Notes under the pieces: generated by a model
Told to the model about the DNA's origin: nothing
What the model saw: only the letters and a program-made list of their open reading frames with translations
Databases searched by the model: none
Origin: Mobula hypostoma
Lineage: Eukaryota
Length of the DNA stretch: 64,000 nt
Direction: 5' to 3'
Assembly (NCBI RefSeq): GCF_963921235.1
Contig: NC_086097.1
Span: 103,418,001 to 103,482,000, forward strand
In this document: piece by piece, positions 12,059-22,419 of the stretch
Layout of the letters: the number at the start of each line of letters is the position of its first letter
Numbering within the stretch: the stretch's first letter is position 1
Made by a program: the position numbers and the translations under genes

Positions 12059-15000
12059 CATCATCATCATAGCTTGACACACCAGACAGCCAGCCACTCT
12101 AGTGTTTGGTTGATGCTGAGCAGGTCAGAGTCAGCTAAATCAGGTGAGAGTGGGCAGTTGCGCAGAACGTGTTCAATGTTCTGCAGCCTTTCACCACACT
12201 CACAGGATTTGCTGGTCTTTAAACCCCACTTCACCATATTGTCTTGTTACGTAACCTGCAACAATGAATATGAAACGAGACAGGTTATATAAAAACAACC
12301 AAACATTTATTAAACACGGATAAACGATAAGGGAAAAAAAAACAAAGGAAAACTTTAACCAGAAGTTAACCATTATGCAGCCGTTCACCAAATCATCACT
12401 CGGCACTGGTTCTTAAAGCGTTACATGCGAAAACAGTTCTTAAAGCGATAAAGACAACTATAGTTCTTAAAACAATAAATTCGAAAGTCCAACAGATTTA
12501 TACGTTCAATTGGGGAGAGGCTTCTCTGGAGAAGGATTTCTTCATAGGCGCGACTTTCCTGCTGGTTCTATCCACAGGATTCACGATGCCGAAAATAAAC
12601 AGTTTAAAACAACTGACCTTAAATTCTTTTAGAGAGAGAGCAAACCTTTCCATGAACTCTTTGCTCTTTTTGGCAAGAGTTATCCTCGATGCAGGTTGCT
12701 ATTCCTCCAACAAAGACTCAATAAGGTCGATCCTTTATTAAACTGCCAAACGATGCCGACTCCTCTTGATCCTTTGGTCCTGTACTTCAATAAATTCTTC
12801 ACTCTCCCTTCTACTGTTGGAATTGAGTAAATCAGCACATCTAGCTAACAATTTCCAGTCCAATAATATTGTATCTTACAACAGAACACAATACTCTGTT
12901 TTAAAAATGAAACTGCGTCACAAAAACAAACACGCAACAGAAACGGAAACGCAGCGCGTTCTACCTGGAAATCTACAAACTAAAAACTAACTGCGTCATC
13001 TGGGTCGACCTATATATACCCATGGTGCACATGTCATCACGTGACCTCACATCGGCAGGAAAATCACATCAGATGACCTCCAAAAGACCATTACATCATT
13101 CTCACAAAAATAAAACAGATCTCCTTGAGCATGTAACAGTCTCCCGTCCTACAAACTCCCGCTCTCGCTCTGTTGAGAGTGCACCACTTCCGTCTGTCAT
13201 GTAGTGACCCGTCTGGCAACATTTCTGTGGGGTTGTGCACTGTATTGTTTGGTGGGGCTCTGGCTTCTGTTTGTTGCCAGAGGTCAATCCTGTATGTTTG
13301 GGGGGATGTTCCGTGGGGTAGTTCCTCCACTGTAGCAAAGCTTTCCCTCGATTTTAGGCGGTTAGAAACTGGCCCATAATGATGATGTAGGTGCTGTGGA
13401 TCCGAGTTCTGTCTACCTCTTTCAACTTTTGTTGTAGTGTGTCTTTGGATCTCTGGGGGAGCAATGCCTGCAAGTCTGTAAATGATGTTTGTGTGTGTGG
13501 AGTGCAGTGCGCCCGTGATTATTCTGCAGGCTTCATTAAGCAATGGGTCTATTTTCTTCGCATGGGCTGATCTGCCCCACACAGGTGCACAGTATTCTGC
13601 AGGTGTATAGCAGAGCACTAGGGCAGTTGATCTAACTGTGTGAGCATTAGCTCCCCATTTCATGCCTGCTAATTTTTTCAAGAGAGAATTGCGAGAGCCA
13701 ACTTCCCCTCAGAGTTTTTGGGTGGCAAATGAGAGTGTCCTATCCAGTGTCACGCCCAGGTAAATTGGAGTTGGATGGTGTTTGAGCTCCTTCCCACACC
13801 AGAATATCTTGAGCTTCCAAGCTGCTTCTCGATTCCTCAGGTAGAATGCACACACTTGAGTTTTTGATGGATTTGGATTCGGAGACCATTTTTCATAATA
13901 CTGCTTCATTGCTTCAAGGACTGCTGTAAGTCGTACTTCAACTTCTTGGAAGGAGTTAGCTTGTGTTGCTATGCATAGGTCGTCTGCAAAGATAAACCTG
14001 CGTGTGTTAGGAAAGGTTGGTTGGTCGTTTGTGTAAACATTAAATATTAGAGGTGTCAGGACTGATCCCTGTGGTAGTTTGTTCCTTTGTGGACACCACC
14101 TACTTTTAATTCTATTCATTTCTACATAAAATCTACGATTTTCTAGGAGGTTTCTTATTACTTTGACTGGTTTTGTTCTTTAACATTTTAGATAATTTCA
14201 GTAGAAGGTCTCAGTGCTTCACAGTGTTGTATGCTGCTGTTAAGTCAACGAATGCTGCCCCTGTAATTTGTCGCATTTCAAAGCCATCCTCAATATACTG
14301 GGTTAAGTTCAGGACTTGACCGCAGCAAGAGTGCCCTGGCCTGAACCTTGCTTGGTCTGGTGTTAGAAGATCTTTGACTAAGGGGGATAGTCTTTTCAGT
14401 ATGAGTCTCTCATAGAGTTTATAGAGGGTGCAGAGCAAGGAAATCTGTCTCCAGTTTTTTAGGAATGTTGGGGTCTTTATTGGGTTTTAGGGGAGCAACA
14501 ACTTTGGCTCTTCTCGAACTTTAGGTATTTTTAATGATCTTAGGCAACCGTTAGGCCAGTGGAGTGCTTTAGGTCCAAGATGTTTAAGGATTTCATTAAG
14601 AATCCCATCTATGTCAGCAGCTTTGTTGAATTTTAGCTATGATACTTCATCCTTTAATTCTTCTAGGGTGAGAGGTGGGAAGTCGTCATTTCCGTTTGAG
14701 AGAGCTGACTCCATCTCCTGATGTTGCTTTTTCTTTTGTCTCCGTTCCTTGTTATTTGGTCGACCATTTAGTATTAGTTGGTGGGCAACCTGATCGGGTG
14801 TTAAGGCAGCAATTCTCTTTGGTGGTCTATTGTCTGAGTTGAGTTTCCGAACAGTTGCCCATGCCTTCTTACTGTTCTTGGTTATGTCTGTGTTTTCTTT
14901 CAGTTCCTGCCAATGCTGTTGCCTCTCTTGGCTCAGTAGGGACAGAACTGACTCTCCCATTTCAATTGTATCTTGACCAAATGGGTCTTGGTCATATAAG

Positions 15001-15467
15001 TTGACATACTCATCATAACTTTGCTTGATATTGCTAGTCAATCCCTGAATATATTTAGTTCTGCAGCCTCTAGGTATGTTCTGCTGCACTACTTTCCAGA
15101 TTAGTCGGACAAATTCATTGTACTGATCAGGTTCTAGTGGTATGGTATCGATAATTTGATCAAAGGATTCTGCGAAAGATGTCCGATTCGCTTTTCTCAG
15201 GTTAAATCTTGGTAGGTACTTTGATGGTACAGGTCTCAGAACTGGAAGGGATTCTACCTGGACTGGACAGTGTTGGGATTTGGGTATATGTTGGAGGACT
15301 GTTCATGTGAAGAGGTTGGAGCTTGCCGAGGTAACAAAGGCAAGGTCTGGGTTGTATCCTTTTCTCCATCTGGCACTTGTGAAGGTAGGGGTGTCCTTTG
15401 ATTCGTATAGTAGCTCAAGGCTGTTGTTTAAAGCCCATGATACAACTTCTCCATTTGCATCGTCATC
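12059..15467 (-). mobile_element. Vingi/Ingi-like LINE, 5'-truncated and disrupted
   Basis: LPQGSVL, FADD, WGANAHTVRSTALVLCYTPAEYCAPVW, C-terminal CECG..H..C; (TGA)n tail; 7-bp TSD TTGTACT (12052-12058, 15468-15474). Confidence 0.8.
12245..13138 (-). mobile_element. Solo LTR (894 bp) inserted in the Vingi-like LINE
   Basis: TGTTAC...GTAACA termini; 4-bp TSD GTCT; host reading frame VCRTGD|NMVKWG restored on removal; TATA-like run near 13011 and minus-strand AATAAA near 12306. Confidence 0.88.
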
Positions 15468-15474
15468 TTGTACT

Positions 15475-16420
15475 ATGATGTGTGTTCTCCTGTCGCACAG
15501 AGATCAACTATTGTATATGCTTATTACATTTGGTAGGGCAGATTTTCTATAATGATGCTTGTGACAGTGGAGCTGAATGACTCTGTTCGAAAGGGTGCTC
15601 TGCTGCTTATTCAGTAGGTCATGGAGAGAATATGCCAGATTGTCCATAATGGATAACAGTTTGCTTAGTGACTTCCTCTCCACCACTAACTCAAAAGTGT
15701 CTGGGATCTAGCCTTTTTGATGAGCTTATTTAGTCTTTTTGCATCACCAGCACCAATGCTGCTCCCCCAACATAAAGCTGCAAAGAAGACTGCTCTCGCT
15801 ACAGTAGACTGGTAAAAGATTTCCAACATCCTGCTGCACACATTGAAGGATCCCAGCTTCCTAAGAAAATAGAGTCTGCTCATACTTCTTCTGCAGCCAT
15901 ACTTAGCAAATCTATAGAACGGGACTGAGTGTAGTTATCCCCTTTTGTTCAAGAGCCTGATGGTTGAGCGGTAGTCCTGAGGCAGCCGTACCTTCAACCT
16001 GATGGCAGCAGCGATGAAAGAGTACGGCCTGGGTGGTAAAGATCTTTGATGATGGATTCTGCTTTCCTATGGCAACGATTCATGTAGATATGCTCAATGA
16101 TTGGGAGGGTTTCTACCCCTGATGTACTGGGCCAAATCCACCATCTTCTGTCGGATTTTCTGCCCAAAGATGTTGGTGTTCCCGTACCAGGCTGTAATGC
16201 AGCCAGTCAGCACACTTTCCACCGCATATCTATAAAAGTTTGCCAATGTTTTTGATGACATGCCAGATCTCTGCAGAATCCTCAGGAAATAGAGATGCTG
16301 TCATGCTTTCTTCACAATAATATTTATATGATAGGTCCAGGACAGGTCCCCCGAGCTAGTGACACTCAGAAATTTAAAGTTACTCTCCCTGCCTCTGATC
16401 CTCTGATGATTACTAGCTCA
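15475..16420 (-). mobile_element. Rex1/Babar fragments (two adjacent copies; the first hosts the RTE and Vingi insertions)
   Basis: SRLYFLRKLGSFNVCSRMLEIFYQS; second copy about 15900-16420. Confidence 0.7.
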
Positions 16421-17495
16421 CAGACCTTCGTCTTTGTTAAAGTTCTTTTTCTCTAGTTTTATTTCAATGGCTTCCTGCACCCGGCGATTCTAAAAGCCAT
16501 TGGTGCAGCACAGTAGTTTTGTGCCGTTGAAATCAGTCCTATGGTCATTGCAAATACAATGTTGTGCTACCACCAATTTCTCCAGGTAAGTCAAACGAAA
16601 TCACTTGTGCTCCTTGATGTGAGTTTCCACCATGCCCCCGTCTGGCTGATAACCATTGCTCTGCATTCACAGGGAATCCTGTAAACACCAGTCATCCCGA
16701 GTCCCAGGTCATCTTTGACCCCCACATAAGCTATGATTTGAGCTTTCTTACAGGTTTGCGGATGGTATTAATCTGATATTCAATATCCGGCAATCCTTCC
16801 AGAAACAGTGCAAATATAGGGAAGACAGACCGTAGCGAAGGGTTCCACCTTGTTAGGTTTCATGGTTTTTCTGTCAGCCTTTTGAGGGCTCAATTGATAT
16901 CCTTCACCTTGTAGCCATTCTGTAGGAACATCATGTAAAATTTTCTTATTGTGGAAACTCTCTGAAATAATTCTAAAATATTTTTCGCACGGTTAAAGTA
17001 GAAAGAACCACTCTGTGTTGGGAGGCATGATGGTGACTCTGTGTTGGGAGGCATGATGGTGGGTTTTGTTGTTGAGATACAAGTCCATGTAATTGAGGTT
17101 TCCAGTAGACGTTATTCCCGAGGAACATTGCATTTGTCATGGCCAAAGTATTGATTTAGGTGGCACAAAACTACTGTGCTGCACCAATGGCTTTGGTACC
17201 GCCTGGCATAGGAAGTCATTGAAATAAAACTGGAGAAAAAGAATTTTAACAAAGATGAAGGTCTCGCTCCAAGTAAGAGCTGGAATTTAATTGTAAGCAA
17301 GGTGGAACATTGGAAACCTCATTCATTGGATGACGACTAGCCAATCAGGTGGGACAGATAACTGGGGTATAAATACCACAGGACTAGTTATGTCCAGGCA
17401 TCATCCCTGATGAAGATGGCAGAGTTTGTTACTGAAATGTCAGTTAAAATCTATACCTGAACCCGACTGGAAGCTCAAGAAGAGTTCATTCATCT
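16420..17495. mobile_element. Penelope-like element (second family) with inverted arrangement
   Basis: Minus-strand GIY-YIG-like GVYRIPCEC near 16660-16690; 17130-17265 is the reverse complement of about 16420-16560; degenerate hammerhead core at 17407-17441. Confidence 0.75.
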
Positions 17496-17745
17496 TTCCT
17501 TACACTTTGTATGAGGAAGTTCAGTTATTACCCTGCTTATTGCCCCAATGTTTTTGATATTCCTTCCCTGCCTGCTGCCACAGGTTTTCTCCATAGTCCC
17601 TCACAGAGCCTCCTCCTCCTGCCCTATATTTCTGTCAGCTCATCACATGGAGATAATCTGTACGAAACTATATCTGTGGTTGTAATTCAAAAGTGATCTT
17701 TTTGAAAGAGGGTTTAGAATAACATTCCATTTCTTTACTTTTCAG

Positions 17746-17809
17746 ATTCTGCAACAGAAAGGGGCCTGAGGCAATTCGAGTCTTACTTCCAGCAGAGACG
17801 TCTGTTTCG
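17746..17809 (+). CDS. CDAN1: Codanin-1 exon
   Basis: ttttcag|ATTC...TTCG|gtttgt; 64 bp, phase 2/0; (E)FCNRKGPEAIRVLLPAETSVS vs human [22 protein letters not shown]. Confidence 0.93.
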
Positions 17810-18852
17810 GTTTGTTAAACTGCTGAAGGCAGCTCCAGCATCAGATGCAAACATGAGGAATTCTGCAGATGCTGGAAATTCAAGCGACACACATCAAAGT
17901 TACTGGTGAATGCAGCAGGCCAGACATCTCTAGGAAGAGGTACAGTCGACGTTTTGGGCCGAGACCCTTCATCAGGACTAACTGAAATAAGAGCTGGTAA
18001 GAGATTTGAAAGTGGGAGGGGGAGGGGGAGATCCAAAATGATATGAGAAGACAGGAGGGGGAGGGATGGAGCCAAGAGCTGGACAGTTGATTTCAACCAT
18101 CAACTCTGCTCTCAAACGCATCTCCCCCATTTCACGCACATCTGCTCTCACTCCATCCTCCTGCCACCCCACTATGAATAGGGTTCCCCTCGTCCTCACC
18201 TACCACCCCACCAGCCTCCAGGTCCAACATATAATTCTCCGTAACTTCCGCCACTTCCAACGGGATCCCACCACTAAGCACATCTTTCCCTCCCACCTCT
18301 CTCTGCTTTCCGCAGGGATCGCTCCCTACACGACTCCCTTGTCCATTCGTCCCCCCCCCATCCCTCCCCACCAATCTCCCTCCTGGCACTTATCCTTGTA
18401 AGCCGAACAAGTGCTACACATGCTCTTACACTTCCTCCCTTACCACCATTCAGGGCCCCAGACAGTCCTTCCAGGTGAGGCGACATGTCACCTGTGAGTT
18501 GGCTGGAGTGATATACTGCATCCGGTGCTCCCGATGTGGCCTTCCATATATTGGCGAGACCCAACACAGACTGGGAGATCGTTTCGCTGAACACCTACGC
18601 TCTGTCCATCAGAGAAAGCAAGATCTCCCAGTGGCCACACATTTTAATTCCACATCCCATTCCCATTCTGATATGTCTATCCACGGCCTCCTCTACTGTA
18701 AAGATAAAGCCACACTCAGGTTGGAGGAACAACACCTTATATTCCGTCTGGGTAGCCTCCAACCTGATGGCATGAACATTGACTTCTCAAACTTCCGTTA
18801 ATGCCCCACCTCCCCCTCATACCCCATCTGTTATTTATTTATATACACACAT

Positions 18853-18856
<4 letters not shown>

Positions 18857-18894
<38 letters not shown>
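18857..18894. repeat. (TC)19 microsatellite inside the PLE
   Basis: Directly visible. Confidence 0.95.
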
Positions 18895-18896
<2 letters not shown>

Positions 18897-19127
18897 TTTT
18901 CTCCCTCTGTCCGTCTCACAGTACCCCTTGCCCATCCTCTGGGTTTTATCCCCCCTCCCCCTTTTCTTTCTCCCTGGGCCTCCTGTTCCATGATCCTCTC
19001 ATATCCTTTTTGCCAATCAACTGTCCAGCTCTTGGCTCCATCCCTCCCCCTCCTGCCTTCTCCTATCATTTTGGATCTCCCCCTCCCCCTCCCACTTTCA
19101 AATCTCTAACTAGCTCTTCTTCCAGTT

Positions 19128-19163
19128 AGTCCTGACGAAGGGTCTTGGCCCGAAACGTCGACT
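19128..19163 (+). ncRNA. Minimal type I hammerhead ribozyme motif (PLE-encoded)
   Basis: AGTC-CTGACGA-AGGGTCTTGGCCC-GAAAC-GTC-GACT: stem I agtc/gact, intact CUGANGA and GAAA boxes, stem II, palindromic ACGU in place of stem III, GUC cleavage triplet. Confidence 0.8.
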
Positions 19164-20129
19164 GTACCTCTTCCTGGAGATGCTGCCTGGCCTGCTGCGT
19201 TCACAGGCAACTTTGATGTGTGTTGCTCCAGCATCAGATGGATGGGAGGGTGGGGACATTTTATTTCTCAGGTCCACACGCAGCTGACTGTTCACCAACT
19301 TCGTGGACAGTTCTTTTGTTTTCAGTTCAGCAGTCAACAAATTAAGTGCCTGAAACCAAGGAGCTGCTTCAAGTTTAAATATACTTTGAATTTGTTATCA
19401 AAGTATGCATACTGTATACAACCTTGAGGTTAGCATCTTGCAGACAGCCATGAAACAAAGAAACACAATAGAACCCATTTTTTAAAAAACCAACACAACA
19501 AAGGCTGTAAGACACCCAGTGTGTGAAAAGAAGTCATGCAAGCAACATAAAAGTAAACAAATAACACACAGAACATTAGCCGCAGAGTCCCCAAAAGTGA
19601 GTCCACAGTCATGGAGCTAGTTCAGCGCTGAAGCGAGTAAACCGCGTGGAGTAGTGAGCTAAACACCAGTTCATTCTTTGCCCTTGGCTTTGACGTCTTG
19701 ATCAAATAGTAAAAAAAAGATGGATTACTATCCATTAGCGTGAGATCATCTTGAGATGTGATTCAGGCTGCAGCCATTTGGGAATTGTATAAATATAAAG
19801 CAAAAAGTCTTTGAAATGTAAAATATTAAATATATTCCTGGGGCTGACCATTCAAATGCAAATAACTGGGAAATTGATTTATTATTGTTGCACATACAGT
19901 GAAAAGATTTCTTCTGCCTGCTATCCACATAATTCATTTCATTATAATAGTGCATTGAGGTAGGATAAGGGAAAACAACAGCAGAATGCAGAATAAAGTG
20001 TTACAATTGCAGAGAAAGTGAGGAGTAGGTAGACAATAAGACGCAAAGGCCAAAACAAGATAGCTGTGAGGTCAGGACTCCATCTTACCATACTCACGAA
20101 CTGTTCAATAGATGAGAATGGTCGGGTTA

Positions 20130-22345
20130 AACTCCATCTGCCATTTCTCTGTGACCTATCTGTAACTGATCTGTATCCCACTGTATTCTTTTCCAGTCCT
20201 CTACTCTTCTATGCTATCCACAACACCACCAAGCTTTGTATCATCTGCAGACTTACTAACCTACTCATCTACATTTTCATCCTGGTAGTTTGTATACATC
20301 ACAAACTACGGAGGTCCTGAGTACATATCCCTGGAGAACACTACTAATCAAAGACCTCCAGCTACAATACGTCCCTTCAACCCTACCCTCTCTCTCTTTG
20401 AGCAAGCCAATTCTGAATTCAGATGGCCAAATCACCATTGATTCCATGCATCTTAAACTTCCAATTGAGCCTCCCATGAGTGACCTTGTGAAATGCCTTA
20501 CTAAAATCCATGTGGACAACATCCACAGTTCGACCTTTATCAATTATTCTCATCAGCTCGTCAAAATATTTTATCAAGTTAGTAAGCCACAACTTGCCCC
20601 GCACTAGGTCATGCTGGCTTTCCCTAATTAGGCCATGGTTTTCCAGATGGTCATAAATCCTGACCATATAGAATTCTTTCAGTAACTCACCGGTCTATAG
20701 TTTCCAGGATTATCCCTGATTCCCTTCTTGAATAATGGAACAACATTAGCTACTCCCCAGTCTTCTGGGACCTCACCAATGGCTAAAGAAGACATAAATA
20801 TGTTGGTCAAGGCCCCAGTAATCTTATCTCTGGCTTCTCTCAATAACTTTGGGTATATCCCATCAGGCCCTGAGTACTAATCCACCTTAATGCTCTTTAA
20901 GAGACCCAGCACTACCTTTTCCGTTACCTTGAAATGCCCTTGCATATTAATGTATTTGGCATTGATATTCCTGTCCTCTGTACCCTTCTCTTTGGTAAAT
21001 ACTGATGTGAAGTACTCAATTTAGGACCTCATCCACATCCAAGCAAATATTCGCCCCTTTATCCTTGAGTTGTCCTACCATCTCCCTGGTTATCCTCATT
21101 CTCTTGATGTATATATGGAATGCCTTGGTATTCTCTTTAATACTACTTACCAAGAATTTTTCATGGCCCCCCCGCCACCCTGCTTTCTTAATTCCTTTTT
21201 GCGTTCTTTTCTGGCTTCTTTAAAATTCTCAGGCTCTGTTTAATTCTGGCTTCCTAAGCTTTACATACTTTTCCTTTTTCTTCTTGACTAAATTCATCAC
21301 CCACCTTGACATCCAAGGTTTTCTTAGCTTGCCATCTTTGTTCTTCCTTCTGACTGGAACATACCTGGCCTGTACTCTTATACTCTTTTCCTGTCCTGTA
21401 CTCTTGCACATACCTGTGCAGTTGGTCATTAAACACCCCCCACATGTTGGATGTGGATTTGCCCAAAAACAGCTGTTCCCAATTAACACTCTAGTTCCTG
21501 CCTAATGCACTCATAATTTGCCTTGCTCCAATTTAATACTCTTCTGCAAGGTCCAATTTTTTCTCTCAGCCTCAATTTCCTGCCTTCTCCCTGCATCTCT
21601 TCTTGCCCTGACCTTTCACCATTTGGTCAGTTTCAATCAGGTTACCTTTAATTCTTCTGAATTCCAGTGAATACAGGCCCAGAGCTATCAAATGCTCTTC
21701 ATATGACAAGCTTTTCAATCTTGGAATAATTTTTGTGAACCTCCTTTGAACCCTCTCCAGTTTCAGCATATCCTTTCTAAAGGGGCCCAAACCTGCTCAC
21801 AATGCTCCCAAATGATGCCTCACCAGTACTTTATAAAGTTTCATCATTACATCTGCTTTTATATTCTAGTTCTCTTGAAATGAATACTAACATTGCATTT
21901 GCCTTCCTTACCACAGACTCAAGCTAAAAATTAACCTTTAGGGAATCCTGCACAAGGACTTCCAAGTCCCTTTGCATCTCAGTTTTTTGTATTTTCTCTC
22001 CATTTAGAAAATAGTCAACCCTTTCATTTCTTCTACCAAAGTGCATGTCCATACACTTCCCAACACTATTCTACTAATCTGTCTGAGTCCTTCTGTAGCC
22101 TCTCTACTTCCTCAAAACTACCTGCCTCTCCACCTGTCTTCATATTGTCTGCAAACTTTGCAACAAAGCCATCAATTCCATCATCCGAATCATTGACATA
22201 TAATGTAAAAAGAATTGGTCCCAACAAAGACCCCTGTGGAGCACCACTAGTCACCAGCAGCCAGCCAGAACGTGCTCCCTTTATTCTCACTCTTTGCCAA
22301 CTGCCAATCAGCCACTGTTTTATCCATGCTAGTATGTTACCTATT
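20130..22345 (-). mobile_element. Two adjacent degenerate CR1 LINE fragments
   Basis: DVVHMDFSKAF; GAPQGSLLGPILF...[14 protein letters not shown]. Confidence 0.8.
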
Positions 22346-22419
22346 GCACTTAACCTATGCTTCGTAAACAAAAAAATTGCCAACATATATAACTATCTTT
22401 ATGATTTTGTGTGTCTCTG

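Larger units (their letters stand above)
17848..19224 (+). mobile_element. Penelope-like element: inverted terminal repeat + truncated body with GIY-YIG endonuclease + terminal repeat
   Basis: GVIYCIRCSRCGLPYIGET...LEEQHLIFRLGSLQPDGMN; 16-bp TSD GCTCCAGCATCAGATG (17832-17847, 19225-19240); 17888-18091 inverted relative to 19016-19224. Confidence 0.92.

Noticed and set aside
15400..15480. 5' HDV-like ribozyme or 2A peptide expected in Ingi-group elements
   Set aside because: The copy is truncated inside the endonuclease region at the TSD, so the 5' end is absent.
17944..17979. Active minus-strand hammerhead
   Set aside because: The conserved GAAA box reads AAAA (change at 17955).
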